Sequence record: PP712906.1
Strand: one strand, 5' to 3'
DNA length: 64,000 nt
The notes under the pieces are model-generated. The model was not told where the DNA came from. It was given only the letters and a program-made list of their open reading frames with translations, and searched no databases. Below are positions 1 to 9,673 of the stretch, piece by piece. Within the stretch, counting starts at the first letter, position 1, and each line of letters opens with the position of its first letter. The position numbers and the translations under genes were made by a program.

Positions 1-13
1 AAATTTGGTTTCA

Positions 14-1015
14 TCATAAGCCCCAGAGTTCTTTCCAATGTGTTTTAGCATCTTGTCGATACTTCTCAATGTCAAATTTTTGATATTTCTGTTCGATTGC
101 ATCATCAATGACGCGGATCAACGTATCATTGTTTATATCAGCACGAATCACTGGGAAAATAAAATCCCTTGTGTAAGGTGCGTCATGCTGAACAATACAA
201 GGTATGTACTGACATGCTTCTAATAACGCATATGGCATAATCTCGATTCTAGACATATGAAGCAAAACTTTACTTTTCATCATATGTGCTATGACTCGCT
301 CACGCCGCTGACAAGTTTCGACTATACAATCAACACCATTCGGGATTCTTATTGGTTCGGTTGTGAATAGACGAATTTTAAGACCGCTGTATGCAAGCGC
401 GTTTAGCATTTCGGGTATCTGCTTACGTTTGTATGCACCTGACACGATAATCACGTCAGACGCTTCAGCAGCGTCAATATCAGCTTGTGATATAGACGGA
501 AGCTCAAATGGTTCAAATGCAGTCACATGTTTGCCACCAATTACTTCTCGACCCCATTGTGCAATCCCGTTCGATTGAGCAATGTTAGTGACTAATGACG
601 TTGACATCATGTGTCGCCATTGAGGTAAGTTGTAAATTTGATGAATGTCCATGTATTCGCGATATGAATCTGGTACTATCAAGTCACCGAAATGATGTTG
701 GTTGTAACAACGGCGCTTCGCTTCGATACATGCGCGGAGTGCTTCATATGAATGCGTGTAGATAATCGCTTCGCTATCAATCGCGTTGATAACCATTGCG
801 TTTGCCTTGTAGTCTTTATAAGACCGTTTCGTTAAAATGAAGTCACACCCGAAATCCCATTTGCTCACGTGTGGACACGATTCGTCTCCGAGTACAATAA
901 CTTTGACATCACAGTTTAGTGATTGCATTAAACGAACGTGATCTTGAATGAATGTGTAAATACCGCCGCCAATTCCCAACATAAAGTCAGTTACTACGTA
1001 GCGAACTTTTTTCAT
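14..1015 (-). CDS. GT-B fold (GT4-like) glycosyltransferase
   Basis: N-terminal GIGGG loop; C-terminal 'VLLHMSRIEIMPYALLEACQYIPCIV' resembles the GT4 E-x7-E sugar-nucleotide motif. Confidence 0.7.
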   Translation of the reverse strand: MKKVRYVVTDFMLGIGGGIYTFIQDHVRLMQSLNCDVKVIVLGDESCPHVSKWDFGCDFILTKRSYKDYKANAMVINAIDSEAIIYTHSYEALRACIEAKRRCYNQHHFGDLIVPDSYREYMDIHQIYNLPQWRHMMSTSLVTNIAQSNGIAQWGREVIGGKHVTAFEPFELPSISQADIDAAEASDVIIVSGAYKRKQIPEMLNALAYSGLKIRLFTTEPIRIPNGVDCIVETCQRRERVIAHMMKSKVLLHMSRIEIMPYALLEACQYIPCIVQHDAPYTRDFIFPVIRADINNDTLIRVIDDAIEQKYQKFDIEKYRQDAKTHWKELWGL

Positions 1016-1023
1016 AAAAAGTG

Positions 1024-1052
1024 TTGACTCCTACTGTGTTTGTCTGTAGACT
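1024..1052 (+). promoter_or_regulatory. sigma70-type early promoter
   Basis: TTGACT-17 nt-TAGACT upstream of ORF 1085. Confidence 0.6.
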
Positions 1053-1084
1053 AATTGTATCTCAAGCAGACTGGGAATTAAACA

Positions 1085-1291
1085 ATGCGACTATTATCTC
1101 AAGACCTAGTTCGCTTACGTGTAGAAGAGCTACCGTTCGTGAATTTAAGTGTTGAAACGCAGATCAAAATATGCGATTATCTCAACACGCTCGACGATGA
1201 GACTATTTACTCGCTTGAGAAGCATACTGAGACACCGCAAGGTGCAAGAAAACTATTAAACTTTTTATTAAAGAAGATTGGAGACACATAA
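1085..1291 (+). CDS. hypothetical protein (68 aa)
   Basis: ORF after early promoter, abuts the next gene. Confidence 0.6.
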   Translation: MRLLSQDLVRLRVEELPFVNLSVETQIKICDYLNTLDDETIYSLEKHTETPQGARKLLNFLLKKIGDT

Positions 1292-1292
1292 T

Positions 1293-1769
1293 ATGGCATA
1301 TGAATCAGTTTTTAACGGTACAAACCGTTACAAAGTTCTACGTGAAGGTCGTGAATACATCAACAAAGTTGCACATCGTCATGGCGCAGTTGACAAAGGT
1401 ATTTACGTCACTATGGACTATCACGTGATTGATCGCATCATGGATCATTCGTTCCCTGCACGTGTATTTGAAATCATCGTTGGTCGATTGATCAAAAATC
1501 ACCAAGACGAGATTTTGAAAATCGCGAATATGCCAGCAGAAGAACGACCGAAGCACATCAATGTGTACGGCAACAAGCCAGATTCACCGTACATGGTTGG
1601 CATTACAATCAACAAAGCGCAAACAGGTAAAGTTTATGTGAACTTGAGAACGTGCTATAAAGAACGCAACAGCAAATACCGTCAACGCATCATCGAAGCA
1701 TACAAGATTCGTGTAAAATCTTCTTCAGAACTTGAAGGCGCAGAAAGTGAGGTTGATTCAGATCAATAA
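1293..1769 (+). CDS. hypothetical protein (158 aa)
   Basis: GGAGA RBS before ATG 1293; lies directly upstream of nrdA. Confidence 0.7.
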   Translation: MAYESVFNGTNRYKVLREGREYINKVAHRHGAVDKGIYVTMDYHVIDRIMDHSFPARVFEIIVGRLIKNHQDEILKIANMPAEERPKHINVYGNKPDSPYMVGITINKAQTGKVYVNLRTCYKERNSKYRQRIIEAYKIRVKSSSELEGAESEVDSDQ

Positions 1770-1798
1770 ATAGAAAACAATTAACAAACGAGGGAATT

Positions 1799-4027
1799 TT
1801 GATGCTTGTAGTGAAGTCTTCTGGCATTACAGAAGAATTTGAAGAAAGTAAATTGATGCGCGTACTTAGTGACGCATGTAAGAATACGACAATTGATCCA
1901 CATCAATTACTTGCCCGCGTGAAAGCTCAACTTAGCGACGGGATGACGAGCAAAGACATTCAAAAGGCAGCGATCAAAATCGCTGCCGATAGCATTTCAG
2001 TAGAAGAGCCAGATTATCAATACGTCGCGGCTCGACTGGCTATGTATGGTCTTCGCAAAGATGTATATGGTCAATTCGACCCTATTCCATTCAAACAACT
2101 CATTGAAAGAAACACTGCAATCGAAGTTTACGATTCCGAGATTCTTGAAAAATGGTCAGACTCAGAACTAGAATACCTGGAATCTCAAGTCAAGCATGAG
2201 CGCGACTTTGATTTTGCGTATGCAGGTGTAATGCAATTCAAAGAAAAATACTTGTGCAAAAACCGTGGTACTGGTGCGATTTACGAAACACCGCAATATG
2301 CTTACATGCTCATTGCTATGTGTTTGCACCAAGAAGAGAAATACGACCGATTAAAGCACGTTATTGACTTTTATAACGCTGTTTCAACTCAAAAACTTTC
2401 GCTACCTACACCGATTATGGCAGGCGTTCGTACCCCGACACGTCAATTTAGCTCGTGTGTGAAAATCGAATCTGGCGACTCGCTGCGTTCGATCAACAAG
2501 GTATCTGAAGCTATCGTTGATTACATTAGTAAACGTGCGGGTATTGGCGTAAACGGTGGTGCAATTCGAGCAGAGGGTTCGGTTGTACGTGCGGGTGAAA
2601 TTCGTCACACTGGCGTAATTCCTTTCTGGAAACACTTTCAGACTGCGGTTAAATCGTGTTCTCAAGGTGGTGTACGTGGCGGTGCTGCGACTCTGACTTA
2701 CCCGATCTGGCACTTAGAAGTAGAAAAGCTTCTTGTTCTGAAGAACAACAAAGGTGTTGAAGAGAACCGTATTCGTCATCTTGACTACAGCGTATCAATT
2801 AACCGATTGATGATGCAACGCCTGGTTAATAACGAGTACATCACGCTATTCAGCCCCGATGAGCGTCACGGTGCGCTTTACGGTGAGTATCACACAAACC
2901 CAGAAGAGTTTGAGCGTCTTTACCTAGAGCTTGAAGCTGATCCGAAAGTGCGCAAGAAACGCATCAAGGCAACTGAACTATTCAGTATCTTTGGTCAAGA
3001 GCGTTCAAGTACGGGTCGTATCTACCCGATCTTCGTAGATAACTTGAATGCACAGTCACCGTACATCGAAGCGATCAAGCAATCTAACTTGTGTATGGAA
3101 ATCGCGCTACCGACGTACCCGCTTGGTACTTCATATGAAGAAATCGCACTTTGTACGCTTGCTGCTTACAACTTAGGTGCAATCGAATCGCCGAGTGAAT
3201 TTGCTCGACTGGCGCCAATCGTTATTCGTGCGCTTGATAATCTACTAGATTACCAAGATTATCCAGTAGAAGCCGCTGAAAAAGCAAAATATCGTCGCGC
3301 ATTGGGTATCGGTATCACTAACTTTGCATATTTCTTGGCAAAGAACTTCGTCGGATACGACGCATCAGCTAAGTATCTCGTGCATGAATGGATGGAAGCA
3401 ATGTCTTACTACAACATTCAAGCATCAATGATGTTAGCAAAAGAGCGTGGCGCGAACAAATGGCATCGTAAGACGCGCTGGGCTAAAGGTCAGTTGCCAA
3501 TTGACTGGTACAATAAAAATGTTGATAAGCTTGTCAAGCCGAATTATAATCTAGACTGGGAAGCACTTCGCGCTGACGTAATTCGTTACGGTATGCGAAA
3601 TGACACCACTTCAGCTTTCATGCCATGTGAAAGTAGTTCTCAGATTAGCAACAGCACGAACGGTATTGAGCCACCACGTGGTCTAGTATCGACTAAGCAA
3701 TCAAAAGACGGCGTTTTCAACCAAGTTGTGCCTGAAGTTGACTTGCTGAAAGATGAATACGGACTTGCGTGGAAAGTTTGCGAAAAAGATAACTTTGGTT
3801 ATCTGACGCTAGTTGCAATCATGCAGAAGTTTGTTGATCAAAGCATTTCAGCGAACCAATATTACGATCCTTCTAAATTCCCAAATGGGAAGATTCCGAT
3901 GGAACGTATTTTTGAAGAACTAGCGTTCTGTAGCCATTACGGTATCAAGACTCTTTATTATTCTAACACTCGTGACGGTGCTGACGGCACTGAAGACGGG
4001 GAAGATTGTGATGGGTGCAAAGTCTGA
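1799..4027 (+). CDS. nrdA: class Ia ribonucleotide reductase alpha subunit
   Basis: N-terminal ATP cone, SSC, SNLCMEI active site, KTLYY, C-terminal CxxC. Confidence 0.98.
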   Translation: MMLVVKSSGITEEFEESKLMRVLSDACKNTTIDPHQLLARVKAQLSDGMTSKDIQKAAIKIAADSISVEEPDYQYVAARLAMYGLRKDVYGQFDPIPFKQLIERNTAIEVYDSEILEKWSDSELEYLESQVKHERDFDFAYAGVMQFKEKYLCKNRGTGAIYETPQYAYMLIAMCLHQEEKYDRLKHVIDFYNAVSTQKLSLPTPIMAGVRTPTRQFSSCVKIESGDSLRSINKVSEAIVDYISKRAGIGVNGGAIRAEGSVVRAGEIRHTGVIPFWKHFQTAVKSCSQGGVRGGAATLTYPIWHLEVEKLLVLKNNKGVEENRIRHLDYSVSINRLMMQRLVNNEYITLFSPDERHGALYGEYHTNPEEFERLYLELEADPKVRKKRIKATELFSIFGQERSSTGRIYPIFVDNLNAQSPYIEAIKQSNLCMEIALPTYPLGTSYEEIALCTLAAYNLGAIESPSEFARLAPIVIRALDNLLDYQDYPVEAAEKAKYRRALGIGITNFAYFLAKNFVGYDASAKYLVHEWMEAMSYYNIQASMMLAKERGANKWHRKTRWAKGQLPIDWYNKNVDKLVKPNYNLDWEALRADVIRYGMRNDTTSAFMPCESSSQISNSTNGIEPPRGLVSTKQSKDGVFNQVVPEVDLLKDEYGLAWKVCEKDNFGYLTLVAIMQKFVDQSISANQYYDPSKFPNGKIPMERIFEELAFCSHYGIKTLYYSNTRDGADGTEDGEDCDGCKV

Positions 4028-4038
4028 GGCATGTAAAA

Positions 4039-4046
4039 TATAAATA
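4039..4046 (+). promoter_or_regulatory. T4-type late promoter
   Basis: TATAAATA directly upstream of the mobE-like gene. Confidence 0.7.
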
Positions 4047-4066
4047 GTTCATATAAGGAGACTCGT

Positions 4067-4738
4067 ATGAACTATTTGAAAATTTACGAACAGCTTGTTG
4101 ATAAACGCAAAAATGAAATTCCATGTGGTTATAGTGAGGTTCATCATATAATCCCTCGCTGTATGGGTGGTAGTGATGACGAATCTAATTTGATTCGCCT
4201 GACTGCACGTGAGCATTTCATTGCTCATGTGTTGTTGAGTAAAGCTTACCCAGATAATATTCGGCTGAAACATGCTTCGATGATGATGCATGTTTCTCAT
4301 AACGATAAACGTTATAAATCTTCGCTGTATTATGAAATTGCGAAGAATGCTGTTTCTGAGAGCATGACAATCAACAACCCCATGCACAACAAGAGAAATA
4401 TATCTAAGATGGTTCACACAAAACGACAGCGCGGTCAATATTCAAAGTTCGGGAATTCTGAAGAACAACGAGCAAGAACAAGCGCCCGTATGAAAGAATC
4501 GAACCCAATGAGTGGAAAATCCCCGTGGGAACATAGCAGAGCGACCGAAAAAACTATAGAGCAATGGTCACGCGCCCCTCAATATTACGAGTGGTGGGTT
4601 GAAAATCAACGTTCGTACGCTGCTATGGCGTCTGCATTCGGTGAGAAGTTCAATAGCGTACATATCAACATGTATAAAAGATTCGTCAACGGGTGGAATC
4701 CCACTCAAGACATTAAATGGGTAGAATATTTTGTCTAA
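4067..4738 (+). mobile_element. mobE: free-standing HNH homing endonuclease (MobE-like)
   Basis: 'HHIIPRCMGGSDDESNLIRLTAREHFIAH' HNH motif; lies between nrdA and nrdB as T4 mobE does. Confidence 0.88.
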
Positions 4739-5855
4739 AACGATTTTCAATAAAAATAAGGTTGACCATCTTGGTCAACCTCTTTTCTTGGGCGAAGACC
4801 CAAACATTTCACGATTCGAAACGGTAAAACACGGCGTATTCGAACAGCTTACAGAAAAACAACTTTCATTCTTCTGGCGACCAGAAGAAGTCGATTTGAC
4901 TCTTGACTCTCAAGAATTTGATCGAATGCCCGAACACTGGAAACACGTGTTCACGCAAAATCTGAAGTATCAATCACTGCTAGACTCAGTGCAGGGTCGT
5001 GCGCCTAATATCGCGTTCTTGCCTATCTGTAGTGACAACTCGCTTGAAAACTGGATCACTACGTGGGACTTCAGTGAAACTATTCACAGTCGCTCTTACA
5101 CGCACATCATGCGTAACTTGTATTCAAACCCGAGTGCGGTGTTTGACGAAATTGTTCTTGACAAGTCAATCATGGCACGTGCTGAAGCAGTTACCGAGCA
5201 TTATGACAAGCTAATTGCCGAAACGCAAAAGCTAAATCAGCTCAAAACTATGAATCTAGATGAAGCTCACATTCTTATGCAAGAGAGTGCAGTGAAAGAA
5301 GCTCTTTATCTGTGTATGCACGCAGTAAATGCGCTTGAAGCTATTCGATTCTACGTTTCATTCGCGTGTACGTTCAACTTTGCCGAGCAAGGCATTATGG
5401 AAGGTAACGCTAAAGTAATGAAGCTGATTGCTCGTGATGAACAGCTTCACTTGAAAGGTACACAAGCGTTAATCAGCATCTGGCAGAACTACAAAGACGA
5501 TCCAGAAATGGCAGAAATTTCGCTTCGTCTTCAACCAGAAGCCGAAAAGATTTTCATGCAAGTCGTTGATCAAGAGAAAGAATGGGCACATTCTCTGTTC
5601 TCACAAGGTACAGTTCCAGGTCTAAACGCTCAAATTCTTTGTGAATATGTTGAATATCTTGCAGATAGTCGTATGCGTTCAGTTGGTTTGAATAGTCCGT
5701 ACCCTCGACGTAAACATCCACTTCCATGGATTCGTAAGTGGCTAAATAGTGATTCAGTACAAGTGGCAGCGCAAGAAGCTGAACTTAGTTCGTACCTTGT
5801 TGGTCAGATTGACTCGACAGTACGCCCTGAATTCCTAAAAACGTTAGAGGTGTAA
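4731..5855 (+). CDS. nrdB: ribonucleotide reductase beta subunit
   Basis: FWRPEEVD, ETIHSRSY, RDEQLH di-iron motifs; TTG start overlaps the mobE stop. Confidence 0.97.
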   Translation: MSKTIFNKNKVDHLGQPLFLGEDPNISRFETVKHGVFEQLTEKQLSFFWRPEEVDLTLDSQEFDRMPEHWKHVFTQNLKYQSLLDSVQGRAPNIAFLPICSDNSLENWITTWDFSETIHSRSYTHIMRNLYSNPSAVFDEIVLDKSIMARAEAVTEHYDKLIAETQKLNQLKTMNLDEAHILMQESAVKEALYLCMHAVNALEAIRFYVSFACTFNFAEQGIMEGNAKVMKLIARDEQLHLKGTQALISIWQNYKDDPEMAEISLRLQPEAEKIFMQVVDQEKEWAHSLFSQGTVPGLNAQILCEYVEYLADSRMRSVGLNSPYPRRKHPLPWIRKWLNSDSVQVAAQEAELSSYLVGQIDSTVRPEFLKTLEV

Positions 5856-5856
5856 T

Positions 5857-6156
5857 TTGGTAGAAATATTTGGTTGGGACGAAAGCGATTTTCGCTGCGT
5901 TCCTTGCTTGAAAGCAAAACGACTAGCTGAAACACGCGGCATGATCTTTGACTTCATCCCGCTTGCAAAAGAAAAGGTAACAGACGCACACAAACACAAT
6001 CGAGAAGAACTAGAAAGGCGAATGCATGAAATGGGTAAAGAGCTAAAGACTCTTCCTCAAGTGTTCTTCGACGGTGTTCATGTGGGTGGTTTTGACGACT
6101 TCAAGGCTAAGATACATTCCATTGAAGAAGCTCGTTGGGATGCACGCATCAAATAA
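5857..6156 (+). CDS. nrdC: glutaredoxin
   Basis: CVPC redox motif, TLPQVF..G..VGGFDD; TTG start with GAGGTG RBS. Confidence 0.92.
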   Translation: MVEIFGWDESDFRCVPCLKAKRLAETRGMIFDFIPLAKEKVTDAHKHNREELERRMHEMGKELKTLPQVFFDGVHVGGFDDFKAKIHSIEEARWDARIK

Positions 6157-6161
6157 TTAAA

Positions 6162-6199
6162 GAAAAGGGTTGACACATGTCAGCCCTTTTTTGTATGCT
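6162..6199 (+). promoter_or_regulatory. terminator-like hairpin overlapping an early promoter
   Basis: AAAAGGGTTGACA/TGTCAGCCCTTTT stem plus T-tract; TTGACA (6170) 18 nt TATGCT (6194). Confidence 0.6.
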
Positions 6200-6230
6200 T
6201 CGTTTGCTAAATCGACAAAGAGTGAGAAAT

Positions 6231-6803
6231 ATGAAAAAGCTAATGACACTGCTTCTAGCAGTTTGCGCGTTCAATGCATCTGCAAGCAATGTATGTCACG
6301 TCAAGTTCAACGGTCAAGAACTATCCGAGAAGCAATGGCACAATGTTCGTGCTGTGTTCATCAACGGTTGGTACAATGACTTGAGTTGGTCACTTGCTGC
6401 TATCGCTATTGTCGAATCTAGTGCTGGTGAGCAAATGATTAACAATCGAACGAAAGATTATGGTTTGATGCAAAACAACATCAAAACTGCGACTGCTCGA
6501 TTGAAACGTTGGGAGAAAGCAGGTCGAGACTTCGGTCCCTATGATCTCAACAATCCAGAAGATGTAAAAACAATATTGCTTACTGACCGTACGGTTTCCG
6601 TTCAGCTTGCCATTGAAGAGCTTGAATACTGGAAGAAGATACGCGGTAAAAACAACTGGCGTGAAATCTATGCGAGTTACAATGGGGGTTTTTACAAAGA
6701 TAAAACATGGGAAGCGCGTGCTGAAAAGTACTCTGACAAAATTGTAATGACTATGCGCAAACTAAAACCTTGCAAAGAGCAACTATTGAGAGGGTTATAC
6801 TAA
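6231..6803 (+). CDS. lytic transglycosylase (SLT)-like protein with signal peptide, T4 Vs.1-like
   Basis: Signal peptide ending ASA; IVES catalytic Glu, GLMQ and SYNGG motifs. Confidence 0.8.
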   Translation: MKKLMTLLLAVCAFNASASNVCHVKFNGQELSEKQWHNVRAVFINGWYNDLSWSLAAIAIVESSAGEQMINNRTKDYGLMQNNIKTATARLKRWEKAGRDFGPYDLNNPEDVKTILLTDRTVSVQLAIEELEYWKKIRGKNNWREIYASYNGGFYKDKTWEARAEKYSDKIVMTMRKLKPCKEQLLRGLY

Positions 6804-6988
6804 TGGGACAGATATTAATTTGGGCAACTGCATGGGCTATTGTGATGAACAATCAGTGGATGTTGAAAATCTTTTGCACGTTTGGCTGGCACACGTGGGA
6901 ATACACAAAGGGTAGTAAGCGTGTATGTAAGCATTGCCAGAAGCGTCAAAGCCTAATTCGTGTCGGTAATGACACTGAATGGAAATAA
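6803..6988 (+). CDS. small Cys/His protein (DUF1660-like)
   Basis: C..GWH.W...CKHC pattern; TAATG coupling. Confidence 0.55.
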   Translation: MGQILIWATAWAIVMNNQWMLKIFCTFGWHTWEYTKGSKRVCKHCQKRQSLIRVGNDTEWK

Positions 6989-7010
6989 ATTAAAAAAATG
7001 AAAAAAGTGG

Positions 7011-7038
7011 TTGCGTTGGTCTCAAAAATCATTAATAT
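7011..7038 (+). promoter_or_regulatory. early promoter with A-rich UP element
   Basis: A-tracts 6992-7006, TTGCGT-16 nt-TAATAT. Confidence 0.55.
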
Positions 7039-7086
7039 AGACGGTGTTGAAGAGAACAACGCAACTAACTAAAGAGAGAACATTAT

Positions 7087-8091
7087 ATGCAAGCTATCAT
7101 CACTAACGCACTTTACCGCAACACTGAAATCAACGGCACTTACACTCTAATCGAGAAAGTTTGGAATAGCTCAGACGCAGCACCAAAAAATGGTCGTATG
7201 AAAATCATGCTTGACGGCGCAGTACGTACTATTCGCGTTAACAAAGAAGACGTGCAATACGTTGATGAAGCTGACGCATCACAAACAGCAATCCCTGCAC
7301 TTGCACCAGTGATTGAAGCTGAAACTGAAGAGCAAATCGCACAACGCATCACTGAAGCGTTTGAAGCAATGGACATTTTCACAATCGGTGCTATCGCTGG
7401 TCACGTTAAATCACTAATTATCTCTGGTGCAGCAGGTGTTGGTAAGACGTTCACACTTGAGCGCGAACTAAACAAAGCTCAAGAACGCGGTGACATCAAC
7501 TTCAAGAAAGTTGCTGGTACATGTTCTGGTATCGGTCTGTTCACTAAGCTTTGGGAATGTCGCAACCCAGGTGATGTTCTTCTTCTAGATGACGTAGACG
7601 TTTTCAAAGACGAAGATCAGCTAAACCTTCTTAAAGCAGCACTAGACACTGGTGAAGAGCGTTGGGTTTCTTGGATGAAAGCAAGTTCTTACCTAGAAGA
7701 GCAAGGTATCGACCAAGAATTCTTGTTTGAAGGTACAGTAATCTTTATCTCAAACAAAGACTTCGACCGCGAACTTGATGCAAACACAAAGTTATCACCG
7801 CACTTCAGCGCACTGATTTCACGTAGCATCTACCTTGACCTTGGTGTTCACACTAAAGAAGAAATCATGGTTCGCATCAAGCAAGTTGTTACAGCAACTA
7901 CAATGCTCGAAGACCTTGGTCTAAACGGTGAGCAGATTGCTGAAATGCTAGTGTGGATTGAAAAGCACATGCTTGAACTGCGTACACTATCACTACGCAC
8001 ATGTTTACACATTGCAGACATGATGCTAACATCGCCTACTAAATGGGAAATGCTTGCGAAGATGACTATGCTATCTAAGAAGCGTAAATAA
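7087..8091 (+). CDS. P-loop AAA-type ATPase
   Basis: Walker A GAAGVGKT, Walker B LLLDD. Confidence 0.85.
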   Translation: MQAIITNALYRNTEINGTYTLIEKVWNSSDAAPKNGRMKIMLDGAVRTIRVNKEDVQYVDEADASQTAIPALAPVIEAETEEQIAQRITEAFEAMDIFTIGAIAGHVKSLIISGAAGVGKTFTLERELNKAQERGDINFKKVAGTCSGIGLFTKLWECRNPGDVLLLDDVDVFKDEDQLNLLKAALDTGEERWVSWMKASSYLEEQGIDQEFLFEGTVIFISNKDFDRELDANTKLSPHFSALISRSIYLDLGVHTKEEIMVRIKQVVTATTMLEDLGLNGEQIAEMLVWIEKHMLELRTLSLRTCLHIADMMLTSPTKWEMLAKMTMLSKKRK

Positions 8092-8100
8092 ACTCTTTGA

Positions 8101-8122
8101 GGGGCTGAAAAGCCCCGTTTTT
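8101..8122 (+). terminator. intrinsic terminator
   Basis: GGGGCT-GAAA-AGCCCC plus T-tract. Confidence 0.75.
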
Positions 8123-8136
8123 CATATGAGGGATAT

Positions 8137-9423
8137 ATGCAACGTACACTATCAAGTATCGTTAATGACGAAGCGTTAGAATACGCTATGTATACCATCG
8201 AGAACCGCGCACTGGCAAACGGGATTGATGGACTTAAACCTGTTCAGCGATTTGTTCTGTACAACGTGATTAAAGACGCTAGTACATCGTTTGACAAGGT
8301 CGCAGCGTTAGGTAGCTCAGTATCAAAGATTGGTTACAATCACGGTGAGACTTCGGCACAAGACGCTCTAGCACTAATGGCAGCAGAATGGCAGAACAAT
8401 GTCCCGATTGTACAAGGTCGCGGCAACTTCGGTTCTCGAATGGTTAAAGAGTCGGCTTCTGCTCGTTACGTTTATGCAAAACTGCATGACAATTTTGATC
8501 TGTACTTCAAAGACATTCACTTGTCGCCTGAACATAAAGATCTCGAACACGTACCGCCACAGTTTTATGTGCCTGTACTTCCGATGATTCTCATGAACGG
8601 TGTTCAAGGGATTGCGACGGGTTTCGCGTGTAACATTCTACCCCATGACCCTGAGTGGGTTAAGAAAGCTGTTCTTGAATATCTAGCGGGTAAAGAAATC
8701 AGCGAACCAGTTGTTAAGTTCCCTGAGTTTTACGGCAAGATTGAAAAGCTCGAACATAACAAATATGCTCAGATTGGTACAGTTGAAATTAGCGGTCTGA
8801 CTGCGGTTGTTACTGAAATCCCGACAGGATTCGATCACGCGAAATACATCATTGAACTTGACAAACTCGTTGAGAAAGGTAAAATCAGTAGCTACGTAGA
8901 CGAGACTAGCGAAACGTTTCAGTTTCGTGTGCGATTCAAACGTGGCGCGAAGATGACTGAAGAATCTGTAATCAAGACTCTGAAGCTGCAAAGCACATTC
9001 ACGCAGAACATCAACGTCATCGACGAGAACTATCAAATTCGTCATTTTGACGACGTGAGAGAACTTGTGAAGTGGTTTGTTGATTTTCGCATGTCGTTCT
9101 TACCTAAACGCATTCAAGACTCGACAGAGCGCACAGAGAAGCGTGCTTCTCTAGCAATTGCAAAAGTTGAGTTTATCAAACGTGTTGTTTCGGGTACAAT
9201 TATATTATTCGGTAAGAAGCGTGCTGAAGTAGCAGCAGAACTTAAAGCCGATGAAGCATTTTCTGAGCATGTTACAGAGCTTCTAAATATGTCGGTCGAC
9301 AAAATGACTGACGATGAGATTGCTCGTCTTGAGAAAGATGCCGCAGTAGCTCAGAAAGAACTTTCCTACTGGCAGAAAACAACTGCACAGAAAGAGTTTA
9401 TCAAAGACATCAAGGCAATATAA
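8137..9423 (+). CDS. 52: type II DNA topoisomerase medium subunit
   Basis: DGLKPVQR, YNHGETS, GRGNFGS and SARY catalytic Tyr motifs. Confidence 0.95.
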   Translation: MQRTLSSIVNDEALEYAMYTIENRALANGIDGLKPVQRFVLYNVIKDASTSFDKVAALGSSVSKIGYNHGETSAQDALALMAAEWQNNVPIVQGRGNFGSRMVKESASARYVYAKLHDNFDLYFKDIHLSPEHKDLEHVPPQFYVPVLPMILMNGVQGIATGFACNILPHDPEWVKKAVLEYLAGKEISEPVVKFPEFYGKIEKLEHNKYAQIGTVEISGLTAVVTEIPTGFDHAKYIIELDKLVEKGKISSYVDETSETFQFRVRFKRGAKMTEESVIKTLKLQSTFTQNINVIDENYQIRHFDDVRELVKWFVDFRMSFLPKRIQDSTERTEKRASLAIAKVEFIKRVVSGTIILFGKKRAEVAAELKADEAFSEHVTELLNMSVDKMTDDEIARLEKDAAVAQKELSYWQKTTAQKEFIKDIKAI

Positions 9424-9665
9424 TGAACATAATCGTCGAAAACGGCAACATTTTGCCGACTGATCAAGCGACGTTATTTGCTGACGAAGAAGTATTGAGA
9501 GTGCCTGGCACTTTCAATCTTACTGACTTGGTTTGTCATCTTGGTCTTTACAAATCAAAATCACAAGCCAGACAAGCGAATCGTGTCGGTGAAATCCCGA
9601 CTGGTTACACTGAATTCAAAGGCAATAAGAAAACGCCTTTGTACGTCTGGAATCCAACAGAGTAA
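9423..9665 (+). CDS. small protein with S4-like RNA-binding motif
   Basis: 'LTDLVCHLGLYKSKSQARQA' resembles the S4 domain core. Confidence 0.45.
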   Translation: MNIIVENGNILPTDQATLFADEEVLRVPGTFNLTDLVCHLGLYKSKSQARQANRVGEIPTGYTEFKGNKKTPLYVWNPTE

Positions 9666-9673
9666 GGTAAATT

